From: a virus
Strand: one strand, 5' to 3'
IMG/VR virus record: IMGVR_UViG_3300045988_109391
Length of the DNA stretch: 64,000 nucleotides
In this document: piece by piece, positions 9,567 to 19,669 of the stretch
Numbering within the stretch: the stretch's first letter is position 1
Layout: each line of letters starts with the position of its first letter
Position numbers and translations under genes: made by a program
The notes under the pieces: generated by a model
Told to the model about the DNA's origin: nothing
Databases searched by the model: none
The model's input: only the letters and a program-made list of their open reading frames with translations

Positions 9567-11129
9567 ATGGCAATACCTAATACAAGAGTAAACGTTCAAG
9601 AAGTTACTTTAGCTGGAAGAAATGTATTAATTCCTTTTATACCAGCAGTACTTCTAAAAACTAAAAGCGGACCAATAGGAACTGTAGAAAGAATTACTAC
9701 AGAAGCTCAATTCATAGCAATGTTTGGACAATCTGATGCTACTACACCAGCAGCATATACTCTACAAAAATACTTAAGAGCATACCAATATGCTTATGTA
9801 ACTAGAATTTCTAGTGATACAGAAGCTAAATTTGGTACAGCTGAAATATCATTCAAAAAAGATGAAAGTGATGTTAAATTAATTAGTGCAACTACTAATT
9901 ATAAAACTGATTTAGAGAATGGTAAAGCTATAAAATTAGTATATGATGCAAATTCAAAGAAAATATACATTGATTTATCTGATGTTTTTGGAAAAAATGT
10001 TACGACTATAAAAGAAGATATAGATGTAACTACGCTTAAAGCTGCAGAGCATGATGAAGATGGAACACTTATAGGAGGATTAGAATTTATATTAAATAAG
10101 TTAGTTAATTCAGCAAATGCTATTACTGGAATTACTTTAACATTAACTAATGAATTTACTAATAAAACTGATACTGACTCTGTTCCAACTGTAGATGAAT
10201 TTACTGCAGGATTTACTAAATATATAGAAAAAGGAGATAGTGGAAATAAAGCTACTCTAAATAATACTGATATTATGGCATTTATAGATTTATATAACTA
10301 CCAAGATTACCCAATAGATGAAATGGTTATACCAGAATATAGAGCTGCAGATGTAGTAAATTATGCAGTAACTAAAGGTAGAGAAAATTACTATAGAGTA
10401 ATTGCAAGTGCTACTGGAAAAACTGTTTCTGACATTCAAACCAGTGTACAAAACTACGTAGCTGATGAAAGAGGAACACTTGAAGTATATGCTCCAGATG
10501 TTTACTTCGCAGATTATGTAGATGAAAATGGAAATCCTATCGAATGTCCAATATCTGTTGCTGTATTAAATGCTTATGGACAAGCTAATAGACAAAATGC
10601 TTGGTCATCTATAGCAGGTGTAAGCAGAGGTACTCTATCTAACGTAACTGGTTTAACTGTTAAATTTACTAAAGAACAAGGTGATTTATTATATGATGGA
10701 CAAATTCCAGTAAACATAATAAATTACATCAGCTCAGTAGGTTATATAGTTTGGGGAAATAAAACTACTGTTACTGAAGATGTATCTCAATTCTTCGATA
10801 GAGTAAATGTTTCTAGACTAGTTAATTACTTAAACAGAGAATTAACTCAAGTTTCTTGGAAATATTTATTTGAACCTATTACACTTTCACTATTCGCTAA
10901 CTTCACTGCAGAATTAGAAGGAGTATGTGAAAACGTCAAAGCTGCAGATGGTATAGAAGATTACATAGTAATATGTAATAGCTCTAACAATACAGCTGAA
11001 ACCATAGCAAAAAATGAAATGCATGCAGAAGTTCAAGTAAAACCAGTTGAAAGCTTAGAGTATATCATAATTAATTTAACTGTAACAGATACTATAGTAT
11101 CTGATGTTACTGAAGGAGGTGCTGAATAA
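9567..11129 (+). CDS. contractile tail sheath protein
   Basis: 520 aa, directly followed by the tube gene; C-terminal sheath-like segment PVNIINYISSVGYIVWGNKT. Confidence 0.75.
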   Translation: MAIPNTRVNVQEVTLAGRNVLIPFIPAVLLKTKSGPIGTVERITTEAQFIAMFGQSDATTPAAYTLQKYLRAYQYAYVTRISSDTEAKFGTAEISFKKDESDVKLISATTNYKTDLENGKAIKLVYDANSKKIYIDLSDVFGKNVTTIKEDIDVTTLKAAEHDEDGTLIGGLEFILNKLVNSANAITGITLTLTNEFTNKTDTDSVPTVDEFTAGFTKYIEKGDSGNKATLNNTDIMAFIDLYNYQDYPIDEMVIPEYRAADVVNYAVTKGRENYYRVIASATGKTVSDIQTSVQNYVADERGTLEVYAPDVYFADYVDENGNPIECPISVAVLNAYGQANRQNAWSSIAGVSRGTLSNVTGLTVKFTKEQGDLLYDGQIPVNIINYISSVGYIVWGNKTTVTEDVSQFFDRVNVSRLVNYLNRELTQVSWKYLFEPITLSLFANFTAELEGVCENVKAADGIEDYIVICNSSNNTAETIAKNEMHAEVQVKPVESLEYIIINLTVTDTIVSDVTEGGAE

Positions 11130-11806
11130 TGGCTAGTAATGATTATGCTGACTTAAACTTATCTTCATACGATATACAAGCTACACCAGATAATAAAGAT
11201 GCTGAATTACAAGCTACAAGATTTAACTTTGCTAAATTCCAATTACAAAGAAAAAATCACTTTCAAGTTCAATTCTTACCAAGTAAATATGACCCATCTT
11301 TAAATATAGACCCAGAATTAAGATTTATGCTAAAGAGTTTCCCATTACCTAAAGAAACTACTGAAGCACAAGATATAAACTACTTTAACCAAACAATTAA
11401 AGTAGCTGGAAAAACTACTTTCGAATCATTCACTATGGTACTTAGAGACTCTATAGGATTTGACGTAGAAAGAAAGTTCTTAGACTGGAGAAACAGAGTA
11501 TACGACCCAAGAACTGGTCGTATGGGATTAGCAGCTATGTATAAACTAGATGCTATGGTATATGAATTTACTCCAAATAGAGATTACTATAGAGCATGGA
11601 AATGTGAAGGATGCTTCCCATCAGGAGTAGACTATGGAGATATGGATTATGATGATGGCGGAGAAAAACAAATTCAAGTTACACTTTCTGTAGATAGAGC
11701 TTATAGAGATGACCTACAATGGAATAAAACTTCTAATAAGTTAGAGACTAAAAAAGGTCAAGCTCCAGCAAGTTCAGATAAAGAATATGATGGTGGAAAT
11801 AGCTAG
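11129..11806 (+). CDS. tail tube protein (T4 gp19-like)
   Basis: 225 aa; NHFQVQF near the N-terminus and CEGCFPSGVDYGDMDYDDGGEKQIQVTLSVDRAY resemble the gp19-family pattern; follows the sheath gene. Confidence 0.65.
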   Translation: MASNDYADLNLSSYDIQATPDNKDAELQATRFNFAKFQLQRKNHFQVQFLPSKYDPSLNIDPELRFMLKSFPLPKETTEAQDINYFNQTIKVAGKTTFESFTMVLRDSIGFDVERKFLDWRNRVYDPRTGRMGLAAMYKLDAMVYEFTPNRDYYRAWKCEGCFPSGVDYGDMDYDDGGEKQIQVTLSVDRAYRDDLQWNKTSNKLETKKGQAPASSDKEYDGGNS

Positions 11807-11824
11807 TCTTAGTTAGTTAAATAA

Positions 11825-11858
11825 AAGAAGGTAATAGCCCTAAGTTACCTTCTTTTTT
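11825..11858 (+). terminator. rho-independent terminator
   Basis: 10-bp stem AAGAAGGTAA/TTACCTTCTT followed by TTTT. Confidence 0.8.
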
Positions 11859-11860
11859 CA

Positions 11861-11873
11861 TGCATAATATATT
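11861..11873 (+). promoter_or_regulatory. TGCATAATATATT promoter-like box (extended -10 type)
   Basis: Exact 13-mer also at 29598 and 54588; the copies at 11861 and 29598 lie just 3' of a terminator hairpin, and the 54588 copy follows a short palindrome. Confidence 0.45.
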
Positions 11874-11886
11874 TAAGAGGTGAATT

Positions 11887-12114
11887 ATGAGAACATCAGA
11901 TTTAACTAAGCTTAGACATTCAAAAGAGCTATTCGTAGAAAATTGTAAAAATAACAACATGTCTTTAGTATCAGATTTTATAAATTCTAATAGACCAGTA
12001 ATGATTAAATGTAATCAATGCAATAAAATAAAAACAGTAACGCCTAGTCATTTTAAGCGTAGAAACATTATTTGTCTAGGTTGCTATAACAGGAGAATGA
12101 AAGATGAAAAATAA
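11887..12114 (+). CDS. small zinc-ribbon protein
   Basis: 75 aa, CNQC...CLGC motif pair. Confidence 0.6.
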   Translation: MRTSDLTKLRHSKELFVENCKNNNMSLVSDFINSNRPVMIKCNQCNKIKTVTPSHFKRRNIICLGCYNRRMKDEK

Positions 12115-12728
12115 TAAATTTGTTGGATGTGACCCGTCCTTCACCCGGGTTTGGAATATCAAGCATAGATTTAGAGCACAAAATATTAATATTTGATGAA
12201 GCTGGAGTAGATGTAGGAGAAGGTAGTTTTGCAGAAATTACGGCTGCAGCAGAAGAAATGGAAGCTAAAGTAAAGCATTGTAATTATATACAAGATGCTA
12301 TTATTGGTATGGAAATACCTCCAGTGTCTGGCTTTTATGCAGTAAAACTTTGGGCTTTAGACTCTAGAATATATAGTCATTTAAAAACTAGAGCTTTAGA
12401 TATTTGGCTGTTTAATGTACCATATCTTAAGTTTATCAATGGAAAAAATAATAGTAAAAAAGATACTATGATAATGATAAATAATATAGTAGAAGTATTT
12501 AAAGACAACGGTTTTCAAGTGCTTCAAGTTTTAAAAGATAAACGAGGAAAAGATAGAAAATTAACAAGTAATCAATGTGATAGTTTCTTATATTGCTTAA
12601 GAGTTTTTATAAAAAGTTGTATGGAGTCTGGAGAATACGGAGAATTAATTCAAGACATTCTAAACATAAATGATAGATTTTTAGTAGAAAAAGAAACAAA
12701 AACTGGTAAACATAGTAAAAATAAATAA
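12104..12728 (+). CDS. RuvC-like Holliday junction resolvase, 207 aa with a +1 shift at CGG 12146
   Basis: AGGAGA RBS 7 nt before ATG 12104; MKNNKFVGCDPSFT|GFGISSI reproduces the RuvC N-terminal G-x-D-P-(S/G)-x-x-x-T-G-(Y/F)-G signature only after the shift. Confidence 0.55.
12146..12148 (+). other. in-frame CGG, inferred +1 recoding site
   Basis: ttc acc [c]ggg ttt gga gives FTGFG. Confidence 0.7.
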
Positions 12729-12739
12729 TATCGTTGTCA

Positions 12740-12793
12740 CTAGAATGACTCTAGAGACCTTTTTATAATAAGTTAATATAATTTTATATCTAA
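12740..12793. repeat. left arm of a 54-bp inverted repeat (partner 17797..17850)
   Basis: The reverse complement matches 17797..17850 at 53 of 54 positions; intergenic. Confidence 0.9.
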
Positions 12794-12928
12794 TAAGATT
12801 AGCTGTTTATTTAATTTAGCTAATCTTATTAAATTGTAACAAATTTTTATACGTACACTTACTTTATATATTATAATAGGAAAATATATAGTAAATTCAA
12901 AATAATTTTAAAGGAGTGTTTGTAAAAT

Positions 12929-13678
12929 ATGAAATATTTAGAAAAAACTTACAAAATTCCTAGCAATGGAGTTTTTGATGGACCCAAAGAAATTACATTA
13001 AGAGAAATGACTACTAAAGAAGAAAAGATTATGCTAGGAACTAAAGATTTGAGTGTATTTGAAAGATTAGTTAAGTCTTGCACTATAGACGGAGACTTTG
13101 ACTTTAATAAAGTACATTCAGCAGATATAATGTATTTAACATTTATGCTAAGAGAATTAACATTTGGACCAGAGTATTCTCAAGAAGTTATATGCCCACA
13201 TTGTGGAGCTAAACAAGAAGTGATTATAAACATTAATGAAATGAAAGTAAAATGTCTTTCAGACAAAGAAGCTAAAGAACTAAAAGACGGACTTACGTTA
13301 TCTTTAAGTACTGGAGATAAAATTTCATTTGGCTTAATTTCTATGGGACAATCTAACAATATTGATAAAATAATTAAACAAAGAGTACAACAAAATAGAT
13401 TAAAAGACCCAGTATCTTTTGAAGCAATGCTCAGATTAGCAGCTGCAGTTAAAAACATAGAACCCGCAGAAAGTACAGATGTAGATTACACTCTAGATGA
13501 AAATAAACTACAATATTTAGACGAGTTAAGATTAAGAGATTTAAACCATATTCAAGCAGAGCTTGGAAAAATAGATTTTGGAATAGATAGAAAAATATAT
13601 AGAATATGCGAAAGATGCGATGAACAAATGGAGGTAACTGGGTACATAGTACCAGAATTTTTTCACCCTTCTATGTAG
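12929..13678 (+). CDS. tail assembly chaperone candidate (two CxxC motifs)
   Basis: 249 aa directly upstream of the tape measure; CPHCG and CERCD motifs; followed by a start-less +1-frame ORF. Confidence 0.5.
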   Translation: MKYLEKTYKIPSNGVFDGPKEITLREMTTKEEKIMLGTKDLSVFERLVKSCTIDGDFDFNKVHSADIMYLTFMLRELTFGPEYSQEVICPHCGAKQEVIININEMKVKCLSDKEAKELKDGLTLSLSTGDKISFGLISMGQSNNIDKIIKQRVQQNRLKDPVSFEAMLRLAAAVKNIEPAESTDVDYTLDENKLQYLDELRLRDLNHIQAELGKIDFGIDRKIYRICERCDEQMEVTGYIVPEFFHPSM

Positions 13679-13910
13679 CAACGATATTGAAACTCCTGAA
13701 CAATTAAACAAGTGTATAGAGCTTAATAATAAGCTTTTAAAAGACATTTATGAGTGTCAATTATACTTGTTAGATTTAGGAGTTTCTTTTGAATATACAG
13801 ACACTTTAAGCTATAATCAGTTAAATGAATTAATAGAGTATTCTAAAGAATATAGAGAAATATTAAATAAAAGAATGGAAGCTAATTCATTACTAGGAGC
13901 TATAAAATAA
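13650..13910 (+). other. start-less +1-frame extension of the chaperone gene (GT-like frameshift product)
   Basis: Open frame ...NFFTLLCSNDIETPEQLNKCIELNNKLLKDIYECQ...LLGAIK* has no ATG/GTG/TTG start. It overlaps the last 9 codons of 12929..13678, which contain the run GAA TTT TTT C (13658-13663). Confidence 0.5.
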
Positions 13911-13928
13911 AGCGAGGTGAATATATAA

Positions 13929-16900
13929 ATGGCAAGTACAGCTGGAAAAGATGGAGGAATAGTTAGTCAAAGTCAAGGACCAGACTTAAGTCAAAAAGGA
14001 GTATGGTCTGCAAAAGAGCAACAAAGTTACAGACAACAAGTAGTAGGAAAAACTTTCGAGAAAGATACTGGCTATTTAGCAAATCAAATAAAGGCTTTAA
14101 ATCAAATTAATAAAATATATTCAGAACAGCTAGCTAAATTAGACGCTGCAGACAAAAAACAAGCTAAAGCTTATCAAAAAAGAATGGCTGAAAATACTAA
14201 TCTAAAAACTCAACTAGAAAAAATGTATGAAGAGCAAGAAGGTAGTATAGAAGCTATTCAAGAAATAGTTCACAATTCTAATAAACAATTAAAGAAAAGC
14301 TATAAAGAGCTGGGAGATTCTGCTGCTTTGGCTTTAGAAAATGCTAGTAAAAGAGGTAAAAGAGCGGCTAAAGAACACTTAGCTGAAATAACTAGGTTAA
14401 GTAACAATGCTATTACTCAGGGAAAAGAAATAGAAGTCACTTTAAAAAATGCAGAAAAATCTACTAAAACAATGTCTAAAGGTATTGATGAAACACTATC
14501 TAAAGTAGTAAATTGGTCAGAAAAAGCTGCAAACGTTTTTAATTTACAATCACTAGCTAGCAATAAATTTTTAGACAAAGCTAATGAGCAATTCGAAGCT
14601 ATAAATAAGATTAACACTACTCTTGGCTATACTATAGGAGACTCTAGGGCTACATACAGCTCATTATCAGGAGAATTACAAAGCTTTAACGCTAACGTAG
14701 GTAACTTATTTAGCATGGATGATATGAGACAATATATTCAAAGTGCTAATGCTATAGGATTAGATAGCCAAGAATTATTAAAAGACAACTTAAAAAGCAG
14801 CCTAATTCAAGAAAAGTATTTTGGAGTTACATCTGATACTCAAAAATCTATGATAAACTTTATGAAAAGAACTGATACCTCTGATATGAGCAGAAATTTT
14901 AATAAAACAATTATCTCTTTAATGAAACAGAATGTTGGAATAAACCAAGACCAACTTAACGCTATGACTAAAGAAGATATTAGTTTAGCTGATGCATTAG
15001 GAGCAGCTGGATTATCAGCAGAACAGCAAGAAAAATTTGTTACTGACAAAGCTGCAATGACACAAATATTATCTAAAACTATTGGAGAAGCTCAAGCTAA
15101 TGCGTTATCAAACGCTTTAAATGAAGTTATAACAAATCAAGCAACTACAGAAGGAAGAACTTTAAACTACCAAAGATATGGAAGTAACGTAAATTCAATC
15201 ATACAAGAAGCATTATATGGTGATATGAATAAAGCTTATAGCTTATTAGCTTCTGGAACTACATCTATGAACCGTGCTTATAAAACTTCTAATGTATCTG
15301 ATAAAATGATGTTTCAACAACAACTTGGATTACAGTCGGGAACTATTTCATCTTCAAAAGCTTTTTTGAATAAACAAGATGAAATAAATTCAACCTTCGC
15401 TAATTTTACTAAAGATATGCTAAAGTCTAACGATGAAGATGTAGACGAATGGGTAAAAACTAATACAGCTGTGTCTGGTATACAGACTAAGCTTACTTGG
15501 TTAAGTAACAAGTTTGAAAAGTGGTTTGGAGATACTAACCTTTTTTATGGATTAGGAACTACATTTTTTGGAATATATACTGCTGCTAATGTTGTAAAGT
15601 TTGCAAAAGGTAGTTGGAATTTAATTAGCAATATTGGAAAAAGTAGTGCTAACTTAGTAGAAGGAACTGGAGGACAGGGTGCAGCAGCTTTAGGCTCTCT
15701 AGGAGCAGGAACTATCGCTGTAGGATTAACTGCAGCCGCTATAGCAGGAATCGCAGCTGCATCATCTTCAGTATATAGGTCTGGACAAAGTCAAGAAAGT
15801 AGAAGTGGAGCAGTGTGGACTGCTCAAGAGAGAGAAGATAAAGGTAAAGCTGCTAGTTGGTGGCATGATTTTAAATCAGACGCTGCCGCGCTTGGAGGAA
15901 CTGTTCAAAAAGCTTGGGGACAGACTCTAGGAGGAAAAGGTTCTGAAGCTAAAGGAACTTGGACTCAGATAATGTCTTTGATGCAAGACTTTACAGATGA
16001 AAAGCAAGCAGAGCTATATACTTTAGCTGCTTTAATGCTATACGATAAAGGAAATGTATTACAATATATAGATGTAAATGAAAAACATGAAGACATAGCT
16101 TTAAGATATAATAAATTAACTAACTCAGATAAACAGTTAGTTAAATCTTATGCAAATCAAATACAAGCTGATGCTCTTGGATACATTAGAGATTACAATC
16201 AAAAAGTAATAGACCCATCATCTATAGACTGGTCAAACTATCATAAAGCTGGACTAGACTGGGTACCAAAAGATAACTATAAAGCTTTATTGCATAAAGG
16301 AGAAGCTGTTTTACCAGCAAAAGAAGCCGCATTATATAGAGAATTAAAATCTGGAGTAGGAGGAGAGTCAGACTCATTATATGCTAATCAACAAAAAATA
16401 TTGTACAATAAAATAGTTCCAGCATCTGCTGATGTTACTGGAATAGGAAAAGAGTTTGGACTTCCCGCTGGATGGACTGTTACTACTGCTTATGGAACTT
16501 ATACTAACTTAAGAGATAAAGCAGGAAGAAGAAGACAGCATAGAGGAATAGACTTTGCTGCTGCTCAAGGAACTCAAATGAGAGCTGCTAACTCAGGGTT
16601 AGTTACTTTCTCAGGCTCAAGTGGTGGATTTGGAAACATGGTAGTAATAAAAGACGATAAAACTGGATTATATAATAGATATGGACATGCTTATAAGTTA
16701 ATTGCTAAAACCGGAGACCATGTAAATGCAGGAGACTTAATTGCATTAGTTGGTTCTACTGGAAATTCTACTGGCCCTCATTTACATTATCAAGTAGATA
16801 GGTCTACGAATTATAGAGATGACGTAAATCCTTGGCCATATGCAACTTTATCTATATTTGGAGGAAGTGGAAGCATTGGAGCAGGGAACGTTACTGTAAC

Positions 16901-17156
16901 TCCTGGAGCATCTACTTCAATTTCAGGAGCTGCCACTTCAGCTAGATTAACACCATCTACTGCTGGAAAGAGAGTCCTACCTGGAATCGGCGGTCCAATA
17001 GAAAACGGAGAGTCTCCAATGAATAGAATAACTAACTCTATAGACGGAGTATCTTCAAAAATTATAAAATACTTAGACGAAGTAAGAGCAGAACAAGCAG
17101 AACAAAAAAGATTAATAAATATACTTCAAAGTTCGCAAGCAGAAAGTTCTTTCTAA
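13929..17156 (+). CDS. tape measure protein with C-terminal M23 peptidase domain
   Basis: 1075 aa; coiled-coil N-terminal half; Gly/Ala-rich hydrophobic segment; HRGIDFAA ... GSTGNSTGPHLHYQV (HxxxD / HxH M23 motifs). Confidence 0.8.
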   Translation: MASTAGKDGGIVSQSQGPDLSQKGVWSAKEQQSYRQQVVGKTFEKDTGYLANQIKALNQINKIYSEQLAKLDAADKKQAKAYQKRMAENTNLKTQLEKMYEEQEGSIEAIQEIVHNSNKQLKKSYKELGDSAALALENASKRGKRAAKEHLAEITRLSNNAITQGKEIEVTLKNAEKSTKTMSKGIDETLSKVVNWSEKAANVFNLQSLASNKFLDKANEQFEAINKINTTLGYTIGDSRATYSSLSGELQSFNANVGNLFSMDDMRQYIQSANAIGLDSQELLKDNLKSSLIQEKYFGVTSDTQKSMINFMKRTDTSDMSRNFNKTIISLMKQNVGINQDQLNAMTKEDISLADALGAAGLSAEQQEKFVTDKAAMTQILSKTIGEAQANALSNALNEVITNQATTEGRTLNYQRYGSNVNSIIQEALYGDMNKAYSLLASGTTSMNRAYKTSNVSDKMMFQQQLGLQSGTISSSKAFLNKQDEINSTFANFTKDMLKSNDEDVDEWVKTNTAVSGIQTKLTWLSNKFEKWFGDTNLFYGLGTTFFGIYTAANVVKFAKGSWNLISNIGKSSANLVEGTGGQGAAALGSLGAGTIAVGLTAAAIAGIAAASSSVYRSGQSQESRSGAVWTAQEREDKGKAASWWHDFKSDAAALGGTVQKAWGQTLGGKGSEAKGTWTQIMSLMQDFTDEKQAELYTLAALMLYDKGNVLQYIDVNEKHEDIALRYNKLTNSDKQLVKSYANQIQADALGYIRDYNQKVIDPSSIDWSNYHKAGLDWVPKDNYKALLHKGEAVLPAKEAALYRELKSGVGGESDSLYANQQKILYNKIVPASADVTGIGKEFGLPAGWTVTTAYGTYTNLRDKAGRRRQHRGIDFAAAQGTQMRAANSGLVTFSGSSGGFGNMVVIKDDKTGLYNRYGHAYKLIAKTGDHVNAGDLIALVGSTGNSTGPHLHYQVDRSTNYRDDVNPWPYATLSIFGGSGSIGAGNVTVTPGASTSISGAATSARLTPSTAGKRVLPGIGGPIENGESPMNRITNSIDGVSSKIIKYLDEVRAEQAEQKRLINILQSSQAESSF

Positions 17157-17172
17157 TGAAAGGAGAATATAA

Positions 17173-17793
17173 ATGGCATATACTAACGAAACTCATGATA
17201 ATGGAATAATAACTACAGAAAATCAAACTTGGTATGATTGCTGGATAGATAACTTTGTAACAAAGGAACACATTGTTTTACCACAAACTCCTGTGAATTG
17301 GAGTGAAAACTATTCAGCTAACTACGCTAATCAGGAAATAATAGGAAGTAGTAGACCTAGAGTAATGTACACTGGAACCACTCTTAGAACTATGAGTTTT
17401 TCATTACAAAACTTATCTCAAAGCTATTTACCCGCAGGGTATACTTCACTAACTGATTACGTGCATAAGTTGCAAGCTCTGTGCTTTCCTAATTATAGTA
17501 GCAGCGGAGTAATTACAGCTCCGGACTGTCATCTACAAATTGGAAGTAGAGGTTTTAGAGGAGTATTTACCGCAGTAAATGTTTCTTGGGGAGATGAAGT
17601 TTACAATGAAAATGTATGGGTAGAGTCTCAAGGAATAAACCGATTTGCTCAACATAGATATAGTGGTCCAGTAGAGAAAAAGTGGAGTGTTCATGGTGGA
17701 GATAGAATTAGATGTAATGTTGAACTTTCATTCACTAACACTAGACTAGGCATGGAGATACCTGGAGCTACTACTATTAGTAAATATGGTTAA
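17173..17793 (+). CDS. tail/baseplate structural protein (function by position only)
   Basis: 206-aa ORF immediately after the tape measure. Confidence 0.6.
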   Translation: MAYTNETHDNGIITTENQTWYDCWIDNFVTKEHIVLPQTPVNWSENYSANYANQEIIGSSRPRVMYTGTTLRTMSFSLQNLSQSYLPAGYTSLTDYVHKLQALCFPNYSSSGVITAPDCHLQIGSRGFRGVFTAVNVSWGDEVYNENVWVESQGINRFAQHRYSGPVEKKWSVHGGDRIRCNVELSFTNTRLGMEIPGATTISKYG

Positions 17794-17796
17794 TAT

Positions 17797-17850
17797 TTAG
17801 ATATAAAATTATATTAACTTACTATAAAAAGGTCTCTAGAGTCATTCTAG
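17797..17850. repeat. right arm of the 54-bp inverted repeat
   Basis: See 12740..12793. Confidence 0.9.
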
Positions 17851-17874
17851 TTAATGTTAGAAAGGAGAAATACT

Positions 17875-19608
17875 ATGGCAGATGCATCAACACCAGCAGT
17901 ACAGATATTAATAAACCTAGCTGGAGTAAGTTTAACTTTATACAATGAAAAAAAGAATGTAGTGTCGTTAAAAGTATCTAGAACTTTAGGAGATGGAGCA
18001 AATAAATTTACTTTACAGCTGTTTGATGAAACTGCTTGGAAGCTAGAGTCTTTATTGTATGGAACAGGCCAAGCTCCAATTTCTTTTAGGTATGGAGCTC
18101 CAGAAGAATGGAAAAAAGGAAGATACGTTACATTCTCTGGAATATGCATTAATTATAGCTTAAGCTTTGTAGGTGCTGCAACTATGCTTACTATTGAAGG
18201 AATAGTTCAAAACACTAATACAATAGAAGGTGCAAATACTGTATCTTACTGGTTTAAACCAGCTTCTGTATGCTGGGTAAATACACAGCTTGAGCATTAT
18301 GATGCTACTAAAGATTATTCACAGCAAGAAGAGAGAGCTAAAGTAGCCGTAGATGGAAAATGGGCTACAGCTGAAATATCTAAACTATATGGAAAAAATC
18401 AAGGCTATAATGATAGTGATGATACTAATGGAGGTTACTCTACAGAAACTTGCGCTAGAATAGAATGGCTTGCACAAATGAACGCTATAGATGGAAGTCT
18501 TACTATTCAACCTAGAGTCTTAATAAATCCGTCTAATATATTTAGAAGAATAATAAATAAATATAATGGTATGATTGGTCCATATTGGCAAACTACTACC
18601 GGAATAGATATGGACACAGGAAATCCTATAAATATAAAATCTAACGCTGCTGATACAGTATCTTGGAACAATGAAAAAGGAAACTTTGAAATAGGAGAAG
18701 TAGATGAAAGCTTATGGGTTAACGCTGAAAATATAAACTTAACTCAGTCTAATGAAACTGCTGCTAGTTTCATAGCTAATACTTTATGCAAAATAGCAAT
18801 AAAACCTGGCTCAAAATCGGCTGGTTTTAAATACTTTATTAAAAACGGTAAACATTGCTTTAAAGCAATAGATTATTCATCTGCCAATAATAAGGTAGTA
18901 AAAGCTGGCTATTATTTAAAAGATAGCGAAGTCATAAGCTTTACTATAGATAGTGTTGGGGCAATGATAATGGCTGGTTCTGAAAGAGATGAGCAGGGAA
19001 ATTATCTTGGTTCTTTATCTACTGCAGACTCATTAACTGGAGACATAGTTACTTCTGACTTAGTTAATTATGAAGGTCACTTTAAAACTGAAGATGATTT
19101 AACAGAAGAAGAAAGAGCACAAAGTACTAACTGGTACTATACTAAAGTATCTTCAGTAAAAATAATTAGTAGTGGAACTAAAGCTTTAGCTGATATAACT
19201 TTAAAAAATCAACTAGAAAAAGTAAAAGAATACGTAATGTCAGCTACATTAACTATCTGGGGAGATTATAGCGATGTATATATTCCAGGAAATTATATAG
19301 AAGTAATAGTAATGACACCTGATGGAAATCAACACTATTCATCTGGAAAATACTTTATTGTATCGGCAGATGATAGCATAAGCTCAGACGGCTATATAAT
19401 TACTCTTAAACTATTAAAGAGTACAGATGTTAAGAAAGACCAGTTTACTGCATCTACTGAACAGATAGCTAGAAGAGATAATGCACTAGACTTAATTTAT
19501 GTAGATGGAAATGGAAACATTCAATCATCACTAAGTAATACTCCATCGTCTAACAATGTAGCAGGAGGAGGCTTATCTGGAGGAAGTGGAAGCACAAGAA
19601 ACTTCTAA
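17875..19608 (+). CDS. baseplate hub-associated structural protein (position-based)
   Basis: AAAGGAGA RBS before ATG 17875 (the track start at 17854 is less likely); 577 aa between the tape measure and the spike. Confidence 0.55.
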   Translation: MADASTPAVQILINLAGVSLTLYNEKKNVVSLKVSRTLGDGANKFTLQLFDETAWKLESLLYGTGQAPISFRYGAPEEWKKGRYVTFSGICINYSLSFVGAATMLTIEGIVQNTNTIEGANTVSYWFKPASVCWVNTQLEHYDATKDYSQQEERAKVAVDGKWATAEISKLYGKNQGYNDSDDTNGGYSTETCARIEWLAQMNAIDGSLTIQPRVLINPSNIFRRIINKYNGMIGPYWQTTTGIDMDTGNPINIKSNAADTVSWNNEKGNFEIGEVDESLWVNAENINLTQSNETAASFIANTLCKIAIKPGSKSAGFKYFIKNGKHCFKAIDYSSANNKVVKAGYYLKDSEVISFTIDSVGAMIMAGSERDEQGNYLGSLSTADSLTGDIVTSDLVNYEGHFKTEDDLTEEERAQSTNWYYTKVSSVKIISSGTKALADITLKNQLEKVKEYVMSATLTIWGDYSDVYIPGNYIEVIVMTPDGNQHYSSGKYFIVSADDSISSDGYIITLKLLKSTDVKKDQFTASTEQIARRDNALDLIYVDGNGNIQSSLSNTPSSNNVAGGGLSGGSGSTRNF

Positions 19609-19669
19609 ATTTGAAAATAACTATCTAAAAAGAAGTTAGAGATTAAAAGATAGTATTTTGGAGGTTAAA

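Noticed and set aside
12740-17850. Calling the inverted-repeat-flanked segment an invertible (Gin/Cin-type) switch
   Set aside because: No invertase or recombinase gene is present in the window, and the enclosed genes are not fibre variants. The inverted repeat is reported as an observation only.
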